DNA of 64,000 bases, from positions 78,244,001 through 78,308,000 of the forward strand of contig CM060731.1 of the NCBI GenBank assembly GCA_030704615.1, in the 5' to 3' direction. The DNA comes from Takakia lepidozioides. Its lineage: Eukaryota > Plantae > Bryophyta. The position numbers and the translations under genes are program-made. This document shows, in pieces, positions 11,534 through 24,445 of this stretch (the first letter of the stretch is position 1; each line of letters begins with the position of its first letter). The notes beneath the pieces are model-generated. The model was not told the origin of the DNA, did no database searches, and was given only the letters and a program-made list of their open reading frames with translations.

Positions 11534-13088
11534 TGTGTACGGCTTCCTGCTTTAGAAAGTATCATTGTAGACGGTCACGACATTGTAAAGGCTCGCGTCA
11601 AGGATGTGGTTCGCTCTGCCTTCAAGTCCTCTATTCGAGGTCATCTCAAGACCGCAATGCATGCTCTGACTACAGATGACTCCATCGTCATCAATCCCGC
11701 GGACAAAAATCTTGGGTTGGTGATCATGCGTAAGGATTGGTATATGGATGAGGCACACCGCCAACTCCACGATGGACATGTTTATGAATCTGTGGCAGAG
11801 ATTCCATGGGACAATCTCATTTATGATTTGGATGCAGTGCTCACTTCTGCTTTTATGCGGGGATTAATCGACAAGCAGGAAAATGATTTTTTGGCTTTCA
11901 AGCCCCAAGGGGGCTACCGACCCTGCATGTTCTATCTTGTGCCCAAAATGCACAAACCTGTGGTGGTTGGACCAATTTGTTCGTACAATGGGTACCTTTT
12001 TTAGCACGCATCCAAGTGGTTATATTACCATTTGTTTCCTATTTTGCTTCAGGAACGTAATCATTTGATAGATTCAATTTCTGTGTTGAAAAATTTGTCG
12101 AGTAGACAACTTCCTCGAGATGTGCTTCTATTCACCTTTGATGTGGAGTCATTGTACCCTAGCATTCCTACTGGGGATGGACTTGACGATTGAAGGACAT
12201 GATTACCGGCAAGCTCAAGTCACCCCGGTTTGAATGAGACTCGTCATGAGTCTTTTTCACATGGTCTTGGAGAACAACTATCTTCAATTTGGCTCGAGCT
12301 ATTGGCATCAAATCCAAGGCACTGCAGTGGGTAGCAATTTTGCTGTTGTGTATGCTTGTCTCTTTCTTTGCAGCTTAGAAAGAGAGTTGGCTTGCGCAGC
12401 AAGAGGTATATGATCTTTGTACTACAAGAGATACATCGATGACGGATTTGGAATCTGGGAAGGATCTCGGGCAAGTTTGGAGACTTGGCTCGATCGATAC
12501 AACTTTCTCAGTCCCACAATTCGCATTCAAAGGGTGATCTCTGACTCTACTGTTGACATTCTTGATATTCAATTCTTCAAGGGAGCTGATTTTGTCAATA
12601 GTGGGATTCTATCTTCGAGATGTCATCAGAAGGCACTCAACAGATATCAGTACTTGCCATGGACGTCCTGTCATCCGCGGCACCAAAAATGAGCATTCAT
12701 CATTGGTGAGCTACGCCAATACACTTCAAGAGAAAGCACATGTGCAGGTTTTTCAGAGATCAGACGACTGTTCTATGAATGACTGCGTGCTCGAGGCTAT
12801 CCAAAGTCTTTTATCTTAGAGTGTTTTAGTCTATGTGACTACGGACAACGTGCTACACTGTTAGCTTCAGAATCCACTCGTAAGTTGACGGGCAAGCGGG
12901 CCCCCTTGGTTCTGAAACTTGAGCATTTGCGTTACACTCAAGCTCTAAGCTTTGAGGGAGTCCTAAACCCTAAACTTCATGTGGGTTTTTTGAAAGTTCC
13001 GCAGTTAGCGTCCTTTGACAGACCTATTGTTTGTTGGAAAAAAACGAGGAATTTACGTTCATACTTAGTTCGTGCTAAGTTACAATAG
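11534..13088 (+). pseudogene. Penelope-like RT, no GIY-YIG endonuclease (PLE-B copy 1; 5'-truncated, disrupted)
   Basis: PADKNLGLV, YLVPKMHK, FDVESLY, QGTAVGS, YKRYIDD, LDIQF, SCHP; ends LRSYLVRAKLQ* with no endonuclease. Confidence 0.92.
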
Positions 13089-13568
13089 AGTCAATTATAT
13101 TAAAGGAGATATTCTTGGCTTACAGGCATAAGTTGGAAAAAGACCTTATTTTTTTTTATAAAAGAGAGATTCTTGGCTTACGCGCTTAAGTTGGAAAAAG
13201 AACTTTTTCTTTTCTAGAAAAAGACCTTTTCTCGGCTAAAAGATAATTTTAGTTGTCTTTTTATCTTATGCACTTTTTGAGACATCACTTATTCGACAAT
13301 ATATGGTTTGCATTTGAAACTTGGGTTTTTAAGTCAACATTGCAGACATGGAGCAGTGAGGATGATGACTTGTCTCTTCACTACATCTCAATTTATGGCT
13401 GCATACTGATTGACTGTAATGGTGCCGCAGCCTGCTAAGAGGACAGCATATTCAAGCCTGGGAGCAGACCGAGTCTTCTCTCCTGTGGAGAGGGAGCTTG
13501 TTTCTGACATTGTGAGTTTCTGGCCCTGATCTGAAAGTTCTATGTGCATGTGACAAAAATATATCAAC

Positions 13569-13712
13569 AAAAAAAGCATATGAGAAGACTCCTAGGAATA
13601 GGACACCACCCAGGAACCGGGGAGAAGAGTATGCCACACCCGTCAGTAGCAAGATTCGACCCCAGAATTGTCTCGGTCGCACTTACTGCACTTAGCCAAC
13701 TGAGCTACCGAC
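13569..13712 (-). mobile_element. tRNA-derived SINE-like / Pol III unit (copy 1)
   Basis: A box TAGCTCAGTTGG, B-box-like GGGTCGAATCT, T7 end on the minus strand. Confidence 0.65.
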
Positions 13713-14318
13713 TGTTGGTTTTTAATTTCCGAATGGGAAATCACTGCAGAGAAGCCAACACAAGGAATCTGATACTCAGAGTGCCTGCACATCTTCCAAT
13801 GACATGAAAAACTCTGGTCTACAACTCCTAGTAGAAGTCTATCTTAACGCTATTTGGTTCACTTGACTCACCGCCAAGTGTAGCCAAAACAAAACTTCAA
13901 GAATATTCACACCTAATCTCGATTCTCAATGGCACCTGATGCACTACAACACACAACCACGCCTTGGTGTTGAACCAATTGACCTGCCGACTCCCCTGGA
14001 AACAAAATTATTCTGGAATATCTTGCAAACATGTCACACCATCGTATCATGCAGTGTAACACAAAGCTGATGAACTCATTGATTGGTTCATGAAAACATA
14101 CTTGTCATTAATTTGTGTCCCTTTTTCACAGGTTCTTGAAGTTGGTCCATGGTTGAATACAGAAGCAGTCTAACTTAGTAGTATACTTCTATAGCGTGGA
14201 AAGGTGTGACAACAACAAGAGAATATGGAAATGTCACCAAACACAAAAAAATAGAGCCAGTATCCCAATGAATCTCACCTTCTCAATACTCCATGAGCCA
14301 TCACAAAATTTGTCCCCG

Positions 14319-16628
14319 TCACTCCTTGATAAAACGTAAGAAATCACATATTACGCGGTCAAACAAATCCTCCGCTTCTACCTGTCCAATATAGCCAATT
14401 AAACGATTATCTTGGCATTCAGATTGGAGTTCAGCTGGCTTCTTTGCAGGATAGGCAACTACCAAGCTGATGCAACCATCTTTGCATGCGGCAAGCACCC
14501 TCGTTTTAGACTCGGAACTATTCTTGTACATCTGTTCCGGATCTGTAGTTGCCACTGCTCTAGCCCACTGCACCTCAGATCGCAGCTTCAGTTGACAGAA
14601 GACAGGAATCTTCAAATTCCCAAGTCTCACAACAAAAAGAACATCAGCTCCAGATCTGTCGTAAAAAATGAGGCATGGCGGACGAGATTTCTCTTCAGCA
14701 TCAAGAAATTTACTTACGGTGTGGATCCTATATGACTCCCTCCACACTCCTTCACCTTCACCGGTAATCGTTGGCTTGTCCCTTGCGAATTTTGGAGGCA
14801 GGGTTGCATCCTTGAAACAACACATATCGGCCAACAATTTTGTGCCGTCAAACAGCTTGGCCACATGAACTGTGAAAAGTTTCTCCCATGCCCTACCCAT
14901 TGCACTGGGATCATCCTTGCAATCAACCATGTAGTCTTTAAGTGATTTCTCAAATGAATGGTTGATCGTCAAGTAGTTCATGATGCTATGATGGACTGTC
15001 GGTTCGACTATAGAGAAAGTGAATTGGGAACCTATTGAATGGTGTAGCTGTCCAAGGCCACACTCGAGCAAAGTCATATCTCCGTCCGTTGAAACGGTAT
15101 GTTCTCCCCTCCCTGCATAGGCAAAGGAGGTTCCTATTCTTTGCACCAAGGAAGCACCATTGAATGATTCTTCTTTCAGGACAAATGTGCCTTTTGCTCC
15201 ACACAGAGCGCTCACAGCATAATAAATGGAAGTGCTGTCATTGGTGTTGCTTGTGATCTCCTTGAAATAGTTGTCTACTACCGTTATATCCCATCTTCCT
15301 CCAGCCTTCCTCAGAAGGCGCTCGACACAACTTACCAAACACCTTCGACGGCCTCTAAATTTTTCCAGCAGATACTGGGCATTGTCCTCCATATGATCAT
15401 CCTCTAGCTTCAGGTACTCGCTGCAGAATTTCGGAACCTGACGCACATCTGTCCATGAAGAAAATGGAGCAGAAGAAAATTGAACCGGGCCACCACCCCC
15501 TTCTTTTGCAATCAGCGAACCTATGTCCGCTTCCAGCTTCAAAAAGCTGACACCTGTACCAGCAACAAATACTTTCTGCTTTGGCAACGCCGTAGATGGC
15601 CCCACTAGGGCTTTGATCAACGGAGAAAAAATGGACCTTAGCTCTTTCGTCTCAGGGGATTCATAGTCATTTACATTTTTCCTTCCCAACACCTGCGCTT
15701 CATCCAGAACTACAGTGAAAGTGCCAACCTCCCCCTCTAAATCCGTCCACAGTTTTTTTATCCTAGCATTTAGCCCCTCTGAATCTTCCAGGGAAGTAAC
15801 CACGTCAAAAAGTTCCCGAGTAAGCACATCATATAGATCGTTACGATCTGCACCAAGGAAAGCACGGAATTGCACCTGGAGCATGAGCCATTGCAGAGGA
15901 CTCAAATCAGGAATTTCTTGGTGACAAAATTCCAAGATTAACAACCTTGAAAGAATGGCACACCTCATACGTTTCATCACATTCCTGTGATTCATTGCCT
16001 TATCGACCTCTATCTCATGAGAACTCACAGAGGCGACATCATCTGACCCACCGTTTCCTTTGGTTTTAGCTGTCCAAAAAAACCCCCACTTCTCTGCAAG
16101 CAGCTCGTAAAGAAACCGAGTTTTCCCACTCCCACTCACTCCAACAACTGGCACAACACCAGTCGAGCCATCATTCGCTCGTTCCCACAAATCACCAACA
16201 TCTTCAGTCCAACGAGCAGTTAATTTATCCAGTTAAATGCTTGGATAACCACGGTGGTCGAGTGGCACACCGTTCTGTATAGACAAATTGCACCCCATCT
16301 TTTTGAACGTGTCCAAAAACTCAGAAAATTTCAATTTCCATTTTTGCATAACCACCTTCACTGATTCTGTAAGCAAAACCCACACACTTTCCGTCACTCC
16401 TGACAGATCCATGTATCTGAAGAAAAATAAGAGCATCCTATCTAGCAAATAGTTGAACAATACAAAAGATACACCAACAAAGCCTATGACCAAAGAAAAT
16501 GCAAAGAGAAGGGGAACATGGAAGGGAAGGCCAAGTAACACAGTAGCTCTACCTGAAAACCCGTTTCCAGAGGTTTTCAATCTCTTCGCAGATCTCTCTC
16601 CCCCTGCAAATATGTCAGATTTTGTCAA
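14319..16628 (-). pseudogene. Crinkler (CR)-type P-loop NTPase + PD-(D/E)xK REase-fold protein; in-frame TAA at 16233-16235; 5' exon structure uncertain
   Basis: Walker A GVSGSGKT, WGFFW, GSDD, PLQWLMLQ, Walker B VVLDEAQ, VAGTG, RGRRR; C-terminal GRAWE...GADVLFVV...PVFCQLK; ORFs 16233..16628 and 14319..16190 share a frame; possible GT donor at 16552. Confidence 0.75.
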
Positions 16629-16706
16629 ATTTCAAACGATTTGCATTCATCCAAACTCTTACCATGGAATTACTGATGAAACTGTTGTTGTATGGCAGCA
16701 TCCTGT

Positions 16707-16724
16707 AACCCTAAACCCTAAACC
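16707..16724 (+). repeat. Short telomeric repeat, C-rich on +
   Basis: AACCCTAAACCCTAAACC. Confidence 0.8.
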
Positions 16725-17415
16725 GAGGACAAACTAAATTATCTGAGCACACACCGATCTCTATCAGTCATGGAATATTCAGAAGTTTTCAATCTCTTCC
16801 CAAATCCTAAACCACGGCTGGGAGATGTCAGTCCCAGATGTGGGCAGGTTTAAAGTGTTCTGCGTTCTTGTCTTCTTTTCTCTGTTTTTTCGTTCAATTT
16901 TTTTCTTCGAATACCGCTGCTGATGCTGGGATCTTTTCTTGATACTTTTGATAGCTAGGGTTTTTTTATTTCACGCTACAAGTATCAGTAATTCTTAACA
17001 TTCAAAAGTCCACAAACGATCACTATCACTTCTATTAGCAACCCCCTTGTGAGAAGGAAGCGACAAGAGAAGGGCAGAGATAACTAAGAAAGAGGAGGTC
17101 TCTAAGAAAAAGGAGAACATTGATGGGATTGTAGGAGGAAACTCGCTCTGACATGTGCCAATAGAGCAGGATTAGACTGGATATTTCAAGCAGAGTGAAT
17201 CACATGGTCTTAATTTGGGCCTCCAATTCTTTTGGAGCAATCAGAGATTGATCAACAAGTAGCATATTGGTGTGAGGTAGATATAGAGTCATTTCAATCG
17301 CATAATGTCCTTCTTTAATTTTTTAACCATCTCATAAAACTCAGCACACAACATCACTTCAAACAGGGTTTAAGTCTCAGATCTTGTGAGAAGAAAAGAT
17401 GTCCTAACCTGGTCA

Positions 17416-17429
17416 GGTTTAGGGTTTAG
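17416..17429 (+). repeat. Short telomeric repeat, G-rich on +, at a segment junction
   Basis: GGTTTAGGGTTTAG directly before the segment shared with 27483 onward. Confidence 0.7.
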
Positions 17430-20400
17430 AGTTTGTCGTCACCGGATCATTTGCTCCTTTTGAAGAGGAAATGATAATATTAGGTATGACTTCAGAATCC
17501 TTGGTTGATTATGATCTCAAATGCCAATGAGCAGCTTGTCTTCTAACGCATTCCTTCGTCAGGTGCAAGAACCTTCTGTGACAGTGTTCACCCATTAGCT
17601 AGGGTGTCAGATAGTGTGTCATGGAGAGAGTCTGGTGAATGTCGATGGGTTGCGCCCGTTTGTTTTTATGTCTGCAATTCTGGTGATGGGCAGGCACATT
17701 TGAATTCTTGCAAGACAATTGGGCAGTTGATTGTTGAAACCGCTGCAGTTGCTGATTTGTTCAATGCATAGCTTGGAGTCAAGTGTTTGCAATTTTTTTG
17801 GTTTCTTGGCTGCGTTGTGCACTCAGGGTTTCAACAGCTTCTCCCAATCCCGTGTGTGATCCTGTGTACGGTTGATACACGCAGTTTATTCATTCGATAG
17901 ATCCATGTTAACAAGTAATATATGAGGAGGGTCCTTTGAAAGACACGGTTGTTTGTTATTTATATGGCTCTACAGCAGATTACTTAAGTTTTTCCTTATC
18001 TGGTTATCTGTAGTTACTCCTGATGAATGAGTGAGTTCTCTTTGTTTCCTTTCCCTGCAATATCCTGCAGGTAGGCATCACCCAGGGTAATTCTCTAGAA
18101 TGTATTTTCTAGAACGATGCTAATCAGGCTGCTCATAGAGCTGTCGAGCAGTCTGATAAGAGCCAGCGTATGGCAGCGTCCAATTTATATTCCTAGTCAT
18201 TTTGTTGGTTGATAGATTGATGCGGGCAGCGCCTCCTACCCTCAGAGAATGGCTGAAGAAAAAGTTGCCGGATCATGTTCTATGGTTTTGAGTTGCCATT
18301 TTGTTGAGCTTGCTGCATTGCACTGCTTCTTGGAAATGTCTGGCCGTGAACCTTTGTGGGCACTTTTCGTGCAAGGTCAGAGGGCAAGCCCTTCTGAATC
18401 TCTTGAAGCGCAGTGGTCGGTCAGATTGCGGCAGATGATGGCAGGTTTAAAGTGTTGTGTGGCCTGAAACCCTAACTCTAAACCGTCATTTTGGTAGTTC
18501 ACTTGTGAGTGATTGCCGTCCTCGCATCCACTTCTATTTTTATTGTGAGGGAGAGGGAGTCTTCCTTTGTGTCTCTGGAGCTCTCTTGGATTTTTTGCAT
18601 CCATAACCATAACCGCAACAGTTTTGGACGGGCTCAATGGCATCCCAAGAGTATGTACAGGGTTAGGGTTTCAAATCTTCATCTGATTTTTGTTACGTCT
18701 CTTGCTTCTTGGTTGAACGGTGTTGTGTCTGTCTTCGCAGGCTACTTTCTTTGTGGGATTGTTGGTTATGGAAACCATGGTTGATGGTTTAGGGTGTCAG
18801 ATAGTGCGTCAAGGAGGGAGTCTGGTGAGTGTAAGTTTGTAGGGTTTGCTACCAATGTGTGAAGAATGAGTTTCTGTTCTCTCTTCAGTACTTTGATGCA
18901 TGTGACCTGCGAATCAGTAGTGTTGTTCAAACCTTTACGATTTCTTGAGTACCATCTTCAGAAGATAGAAAGCTCTAGCCGAAATTGTGCGCATGTTTTG
19001 AGCTGTTAATTGGTCGATGACAGAATGTGGTTGTTGGTGACTTATGTGAGTTAACCAAAACCGCCTTGGCTGCAGAACCTTCTGTGACAGAGTTCACCCA
19101 TTAGCTAGGGTGTCAGATAGTGCGTCATGGAGAGAGTCTGGTGAATGTCGATGGGTTGCCTAGGGCAGTCTGAGCCCGTTTGTTTTTATGTCTGCAATTC
19201 TGATGATGGGCAGGCACATTTGAATTCTCGCAAGACAATTGGGCAGTTGATTGTTGAACCTGCTGCAGTTGCTGATTTGTGATTCGTTCAATGCGTAGCT
19301 TGGAGTCAAGTGTTTGCAATTTTTTTGGTTTCTTGGCTGCGTTGTGCACTCAGGGTTTCAACAGCTTCTCCCAATCCCGTGTGTGATCCTGTGTACGGTT
19401 GATACATGCAGTTTATTCATTCGATAGATCCATGTTAACAAGTAAAATATGAGGGGGGTCCTTTGAAAGACACGGTTGTTTGTTAGGACAGGGTATTTCA
19501 AACTGAATCTAGTATCTTGAGATATTTGCATATTTTTAGCATTACAAGCAGCTTCTTGGTAGCGTCAGTACTTTGATGCATGTGACCTGCGAATCAGTAG
19601 TGTTGTTCAAACCTTTACGATTTCTTGAGTACCATCTTCAGAGGATAGAAAGCTCTAGCCGAAATTGTGCGCATGTTTTGAGCCGTTAATTGGTCGATGA
19701 CAGAATGTGGTTGTTGGTGACTTACGTAGCCTTGTGGACATTGACCCCGCGCCCAGTTTGAGCGGGAACAAAAGGGATAGAACCTACCTCTGTCAGGGGC
19801 TGACGTTGGTAGTAAGACTTACCTTGATATATAGAATTAATCCGGGTTTTCCAGATATCCTCTAGAAATCCCTTCACACAAGCATCAATCTGCTGTGTGT
19901 GGCCTCAGCAGGGCCTGGGCTTTCGGCTCAGCCTCGAGACTTTCAAAGTTGGTAAACAGGGGTACAGGCACAATTCCCTTGATAGATTTGAAGAGAGCGT
20001 CTCTTTGGTGAGAGAACCCTGGACAGTGTATCAAAAAATGAATACTGTCTTCAGATTGCCCACACAACGGGCAATTGCACTCTCTCTTTCCTCTCTGCTT
20101 CTGTTTGCTGTTCAAAGGTAGGCTTCCTGCCCTGAGTTTAAATTTCAGTCTAGTGCCGAGAGTGGGTAGACCCTTGAGGTCATCCAAGATGTCCTCCCCC
20201 ATGTCACTGACTGGAAACAGGTTCAGGGAAGTTTTCTGCCTATTCATTTTTATCAGACAATCTCATGGCAAAAGACATGGCTTTGGACACTACAGCCTCT
20301 AAGTCAGATTTATCCAGCAGGGTCAAAACTTGCGGCTCCAGGTCCAGGTCCTTGAGAATCTCTTCTACTCTCTTCTGCCAGGACTTAGCCTGTTTGACAG

Positions 20401-21361
20401 GGCGGTCCTGTTTCCAAGATATAGAGTCGATTAACTTAGGATATCTGGTGTTGGGCATATGTTGCAGCTGACCCCACCATCTGACCTTGAATTCATCTCG
20501 TCGGGAGCTTAAGGACGGAATGCCAAAGATTCAAGATAGAACAACAATAGAACAATAGTGGAAAGAAAAGGGACAATTCTTCGTGATTAGTTTGTTTCTT
20601 AGCTATGACTAGTGTTAGGGTAGTGACGTGCGGTTAACGATTTCCCTTTGAAGGTGGGGTTACTTTATTTTCATACTTGCCCTCTAGACACCCGATGACA
20701 ATGCAAATCAATATGGGGATTTGTTTAATCAAGAGGGAGTTCTGCTGCTTGGGAGCGATTCCTTGGACCCAGGAGACTATACCTTTAAGCAGGTTGATGC
20801 TCCTTCAACAACAGACACAAGTAAAGGCAGTGGTAAACCCTTCTCCCTGTCATCGGGGTTTTGTCATCGGGATAATTTAGGTTTTCCTGTGGCGGTCTGA
20901 GTTTCTTAGGGCTCTGCGGCCTGAGTTTGCTGATAGTGAGGTTTAAGTACTTAGGGTTTGTTGTCACCAGATCGTTTCAAGGTTATTGAAAGCTTTGCAA
21001 ACTTTGTGAGGCAGGCAGAAGCTCCACTTGCCTTCACTCCATAAATTTTTGCAAGGCTTTCGTAGCAAGGGTTGTAGGGTATGTCTTCTTGTACTTACTG
21101 GAGCTGTTTGTCCCGTAGGTTATGTTTACTCCCGCAGACTTATGTGAGTTAACCAAAACCGCCTTGGCTGCAAAACCTTCTGTGGCAGTGTTCACCCATT
21201 AGCTAGGGTGTCAGATAGTGCGTCATGGAGAGAGTCTGGTGAATGTCGATGGGTTGCCTAGGGCAGTCTGAGCCCGTTTGTTTTTATGTCTGCAATTCTG
21301 ATGATGGGCAGGCACATTTGAATTCTTGATGGGCAGTTGATTGTTGAACCCGCTGCAGTTG
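17424..21361. repeat. Patchwork of 100-1250 bp segments, repeated in different order here and at 27405-30163
   Basis: Approximate matches: 17569-17960 with 19074-19484, 21172-21361 and 28050-28415; 18316-18700 with 27665-28049; 18886-19045 with 19566-19723; 19725-20965 with 28919-30163. Confidence 0.85.
19725..20535 (-). mobile_element. 3' fragment of a non-LTR retrotransposon ORF2 (copy 1)
   Basis: RWWGQL, KSWQKRV, KLRAGSLPL, C-terminal knuckle CPLCGQSEDSIHFLIHC. Confidence 0.8.
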
Positions 21362-21861
21362 NNNNNNNNNNNNNNNNNNNNNNNNNNNNNNNNNNNNNNN
21401 NNNNNNNNNNNNNNNNNNNNNNNNNNNNNNNNNNNNNNNNNNNNNNNNNNNNNNNNNNNNNNNNNNNNNNNNNNNNNNNNNNNNNNNNNNNNNNNNNNNN
21501 NNNNNNNNNNNNNNNNNNNNNNNNNNNNNNNNNNNNNNNNNNNNNNNNNNNNNNNNNNNNNNNNNNNNNNNNNNNNNNNNNNNNNNNNNNNNNNNNNNNN
21601 NNNNNNNNNNNNNNNNNNNNNNNNNNNNNNNNNNNNNNNNNNNNNNNNNNNNNNNNNNNNNNNNNNNNNNNNNNNNNNNNNNNNNNNNNNNNNNNNNNNN
21701 NNNNNNNNNNNNNNNNNNNNNNNNNNNNNNNNNNNNNNNNNNNNNNNNNNNNNNNNNNNNNNNNNNNNNNNNNNNNNNNNNNNNNNNNNNNNNNNNNNNN
21801 NNNNNNNNNNNNNNNNNNNNNNNNNNNNNNNNNNNNNNNNNNNNNNNNNNNNNNNNNNNNN
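21362..21861. other. Assembly gap (500 N)
   Basis: N run. Confidence 1.
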
Positions 21862-23185
21862 CCCCGAGACGAAAGAGCTAAGGTCCATTTTTTCTCCGTT
21901 GATCAAAGCCCTAGTGGGGCCATCTATGGCATTGCCAAAGCAGAAAGTATTTGTTGCTGGTACATGTGTCAGCTTTTTGAAGCTGGAAGCGGACATAGGT
22001 TCGCTGATTGCAAAAGAAGGGGGTGGTGGCCCGGTTCAATTTTCTTCATGGACAAATGTGCGTCAGGTTCTGAAATTCTGCAGCGAGTACCTGAAGCTAG
22101 AGGATGATCATATGGAGGACAATGCCCAGTATCTGCTGGAAAAGTTCAGAGGCCGTCGAAGGTGTTTGGTAAGTTGTGTCGAGCGCCTTCTGAGGAAGGC
22201 TGGAGGAAGATGGGATATAACGGTAGTAGACAACTATTTCAAGGAGATCACAAGCAACACCAATGACAGCACTTCCATTTATTATGCTGTGAGCGCTCTG
22301 TGTGGAGCAAAAGGAACATTTGTCCTGAAAGAAGAATCATTCAATGGTGCTTCCTTGGTGCAAAGAATAGGAACCTCCTTTGCCTATGCAGGGAGGGGAG
22401 AACATACCATTTCAACGGACGGAGATATGACTTTGCTCGAGTGTGGCCTTGGACAGCTACACCATTCAACAGGTTCCCAATTCACTTTCTCTATAGTCGA
22501 ACCGACAGTCCATCATAGCATCATGAACTATTTGACGATCAACCATTCATTTGAGAAATCACTTAAAGACTACATGGTTGATTGCAAGGATGATCCCAGT
22601 GCAATGGGTAGGGCATGGGAGAAACTTTTCACAGTTCATGTGGCCAAGCTGTTTGACGGCACAAAATTGTTGGCCGATATGTGCTGTTTCAAGGATGCAA
22701 CCCTGCCTCCAAAATTCGCAAGGGACAAGCCAACGATTACCGGTGAAGGTGAAGGAGTGTGGAGGGAGTCATATAGGATCCACACCGTAAGTAAATTTCT
22801 TGATGCTGAAGAGAAATCTCGTCCGCCATGCCTCATTTTTGACGACAGATCTGGAGTTGATGTTCTTTTTGTTGTGAGACTTGGGAATTTGAAGATTCCT
22901 ATCTTCTGTCAACTGAAGCTGCGATCTGAGGTGCAGTGGGCTAGAGCAGTGGCAACTACAGATCCGGAACAGATGTACAAGAATAGTTCCGAGTCCAAAA
23001 CGAGGGCGCTTGCCGCATGCAAAGATGGTTGTATCAGCTTGGTAGTTGCCTATCCTGCAAAGAAGCCAGCTAAACTCCAATCTGAATGCCAAGATAATCG
23101 TTTAATTGGCTATATTGGACAGGTAGAAGCGGAGGATTTGTTTGACCGCGTGTTATGTGATTTCTTACGTTCTATCAAGGAGTGA
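21862..23185 (+). CDS. CR-type NTPase+REase gene, copy 2 (5' part lost in the gap)
   Basis: Near-identical to the 14319-16190 product from PETKELRSIF to the C-terminus; open across the visible part. Confidence 0.8.
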
Positions 23186-23836
23186 CGGGGACAAATTTTG
23201 TGATGGCTCATGGAGTATTGAGAAGGTGAGATTCATTGGGATACTGGCTCTATTTTTTTGTGTTTGGTGACATTTCTATATTCTCTTGATGCTGTCACAC
23301 CTTTCCACGCTATAGAAATATACTACTAAGTTAGACTGCTTCTGTATTCAACCATGGACCAACTTCAAGAACCTGTGAAAAAGGGACACAAATTAATGAC
23401 AAGTATGTTTTCATGAACCAATCAATGAGTTCATCAGCTTTGTGTTACACTGCATGACACGATGGTGTGACAAGTTTGCAGGATATTCCAGAATAATTTT
23501 GTTTCCAGGGGAGTCGGCAGGTCAATTGGTTCAACACCAAGGCGTGGTTGTGTGTTGTAGTGCACTGGGCATCGGGTGCCATTGAGAATCGAGATTAGGT
23601 GTGAATATTCTTGAAGTTTTGTTTTGGCTACACTTGGCGGTGAGTCAAGTGAACCAAAGAGCGTTAAGATAGACTTCTACTAGGAATTGTAGACCAGAGT
23701 TTTTCATGTCATTGGAAGACGTGCAGGCACTCTGAGTATCAGATTCCTTGTGTGTGTTGACGTTGGCTTCTCTACAGTGATTTCCGTGATCACTTTTGAT
23801 TTTTGTGATTTACCATTCGGAAATTAAAAACCAACA

Positions 23837-23980
23837 GTCGGTAGCTCAGTTGGCTAAGTGCACTAAGTGCGACCGAGACGATTCTGGGGTCGAATCTTGC
23901 TACTGACGGGTGTGGCATACTCTTCTCCCCGGTTCCTAGGTGGTGTCCCGTTCCTACGAGTCTTCTCATATGCTTTTTTT
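23837..23980 (+). mobile_element. tRNA-derived SINE-like / Pol III unit (copy 2)
   Basis: A box 23842-23853, B-box-like 23887-23897, GTCGGTAG/CTACTGAC stem, T7 at 23974-23980. Confidence 0.65.
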
Positions 23981-24445
23981 GTTGATATATTTCTGTCACA
24001 TGCACATAGAACTTTCAGATCAGGGCCAGAAACTCACAATGTCAGAAACAAACTCCCTCTCCATAGGAGAGAAGACTCGGTCTGCTCCCAGGCTTGAATA
24101 TGCTGTCCTCTTAGCAGGCTGCAGCACCACTACAGTCAATCAGTTTGCAGCCATAAACTGAGATGTAGTGAAGGTCGTCATCCTCACTGCTCCATGTCTG
24201 TAACGCTCCATGTCTGTAAGTTTCAAATGCAAACCTTATAATAAGTGATGTCTCAAAAAGTGCATAAGATAAAAAGACAACTAAAAGTATCTTTTAGCCG
24301 AGAAAAGGTCTTTTTCTAGAAAAGAAAAAGTTCTTTTTCCAACTTAAGCCTATAAGCCAAGAATATCTCTTTTCTAAAAAAGAAAAAGGTCTTTTTTCCA
24401 ACTTATGCCGGTAAGCCAAGAATATCTCTTTTAATATAATTGACT

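Noticed and set aside
21223-22107. Long ORFs spanning 21.2-22.1 kb
   Set aside because: Artefacts of translating through the 500-N gap.
23837-23910. Functional tRNA gene
   Set aside because: T-arm is degenerate (GGGTCGAATCT), no clean anticodon arm, and the unit continues ~70 bp to a T run; SINE-like instead.
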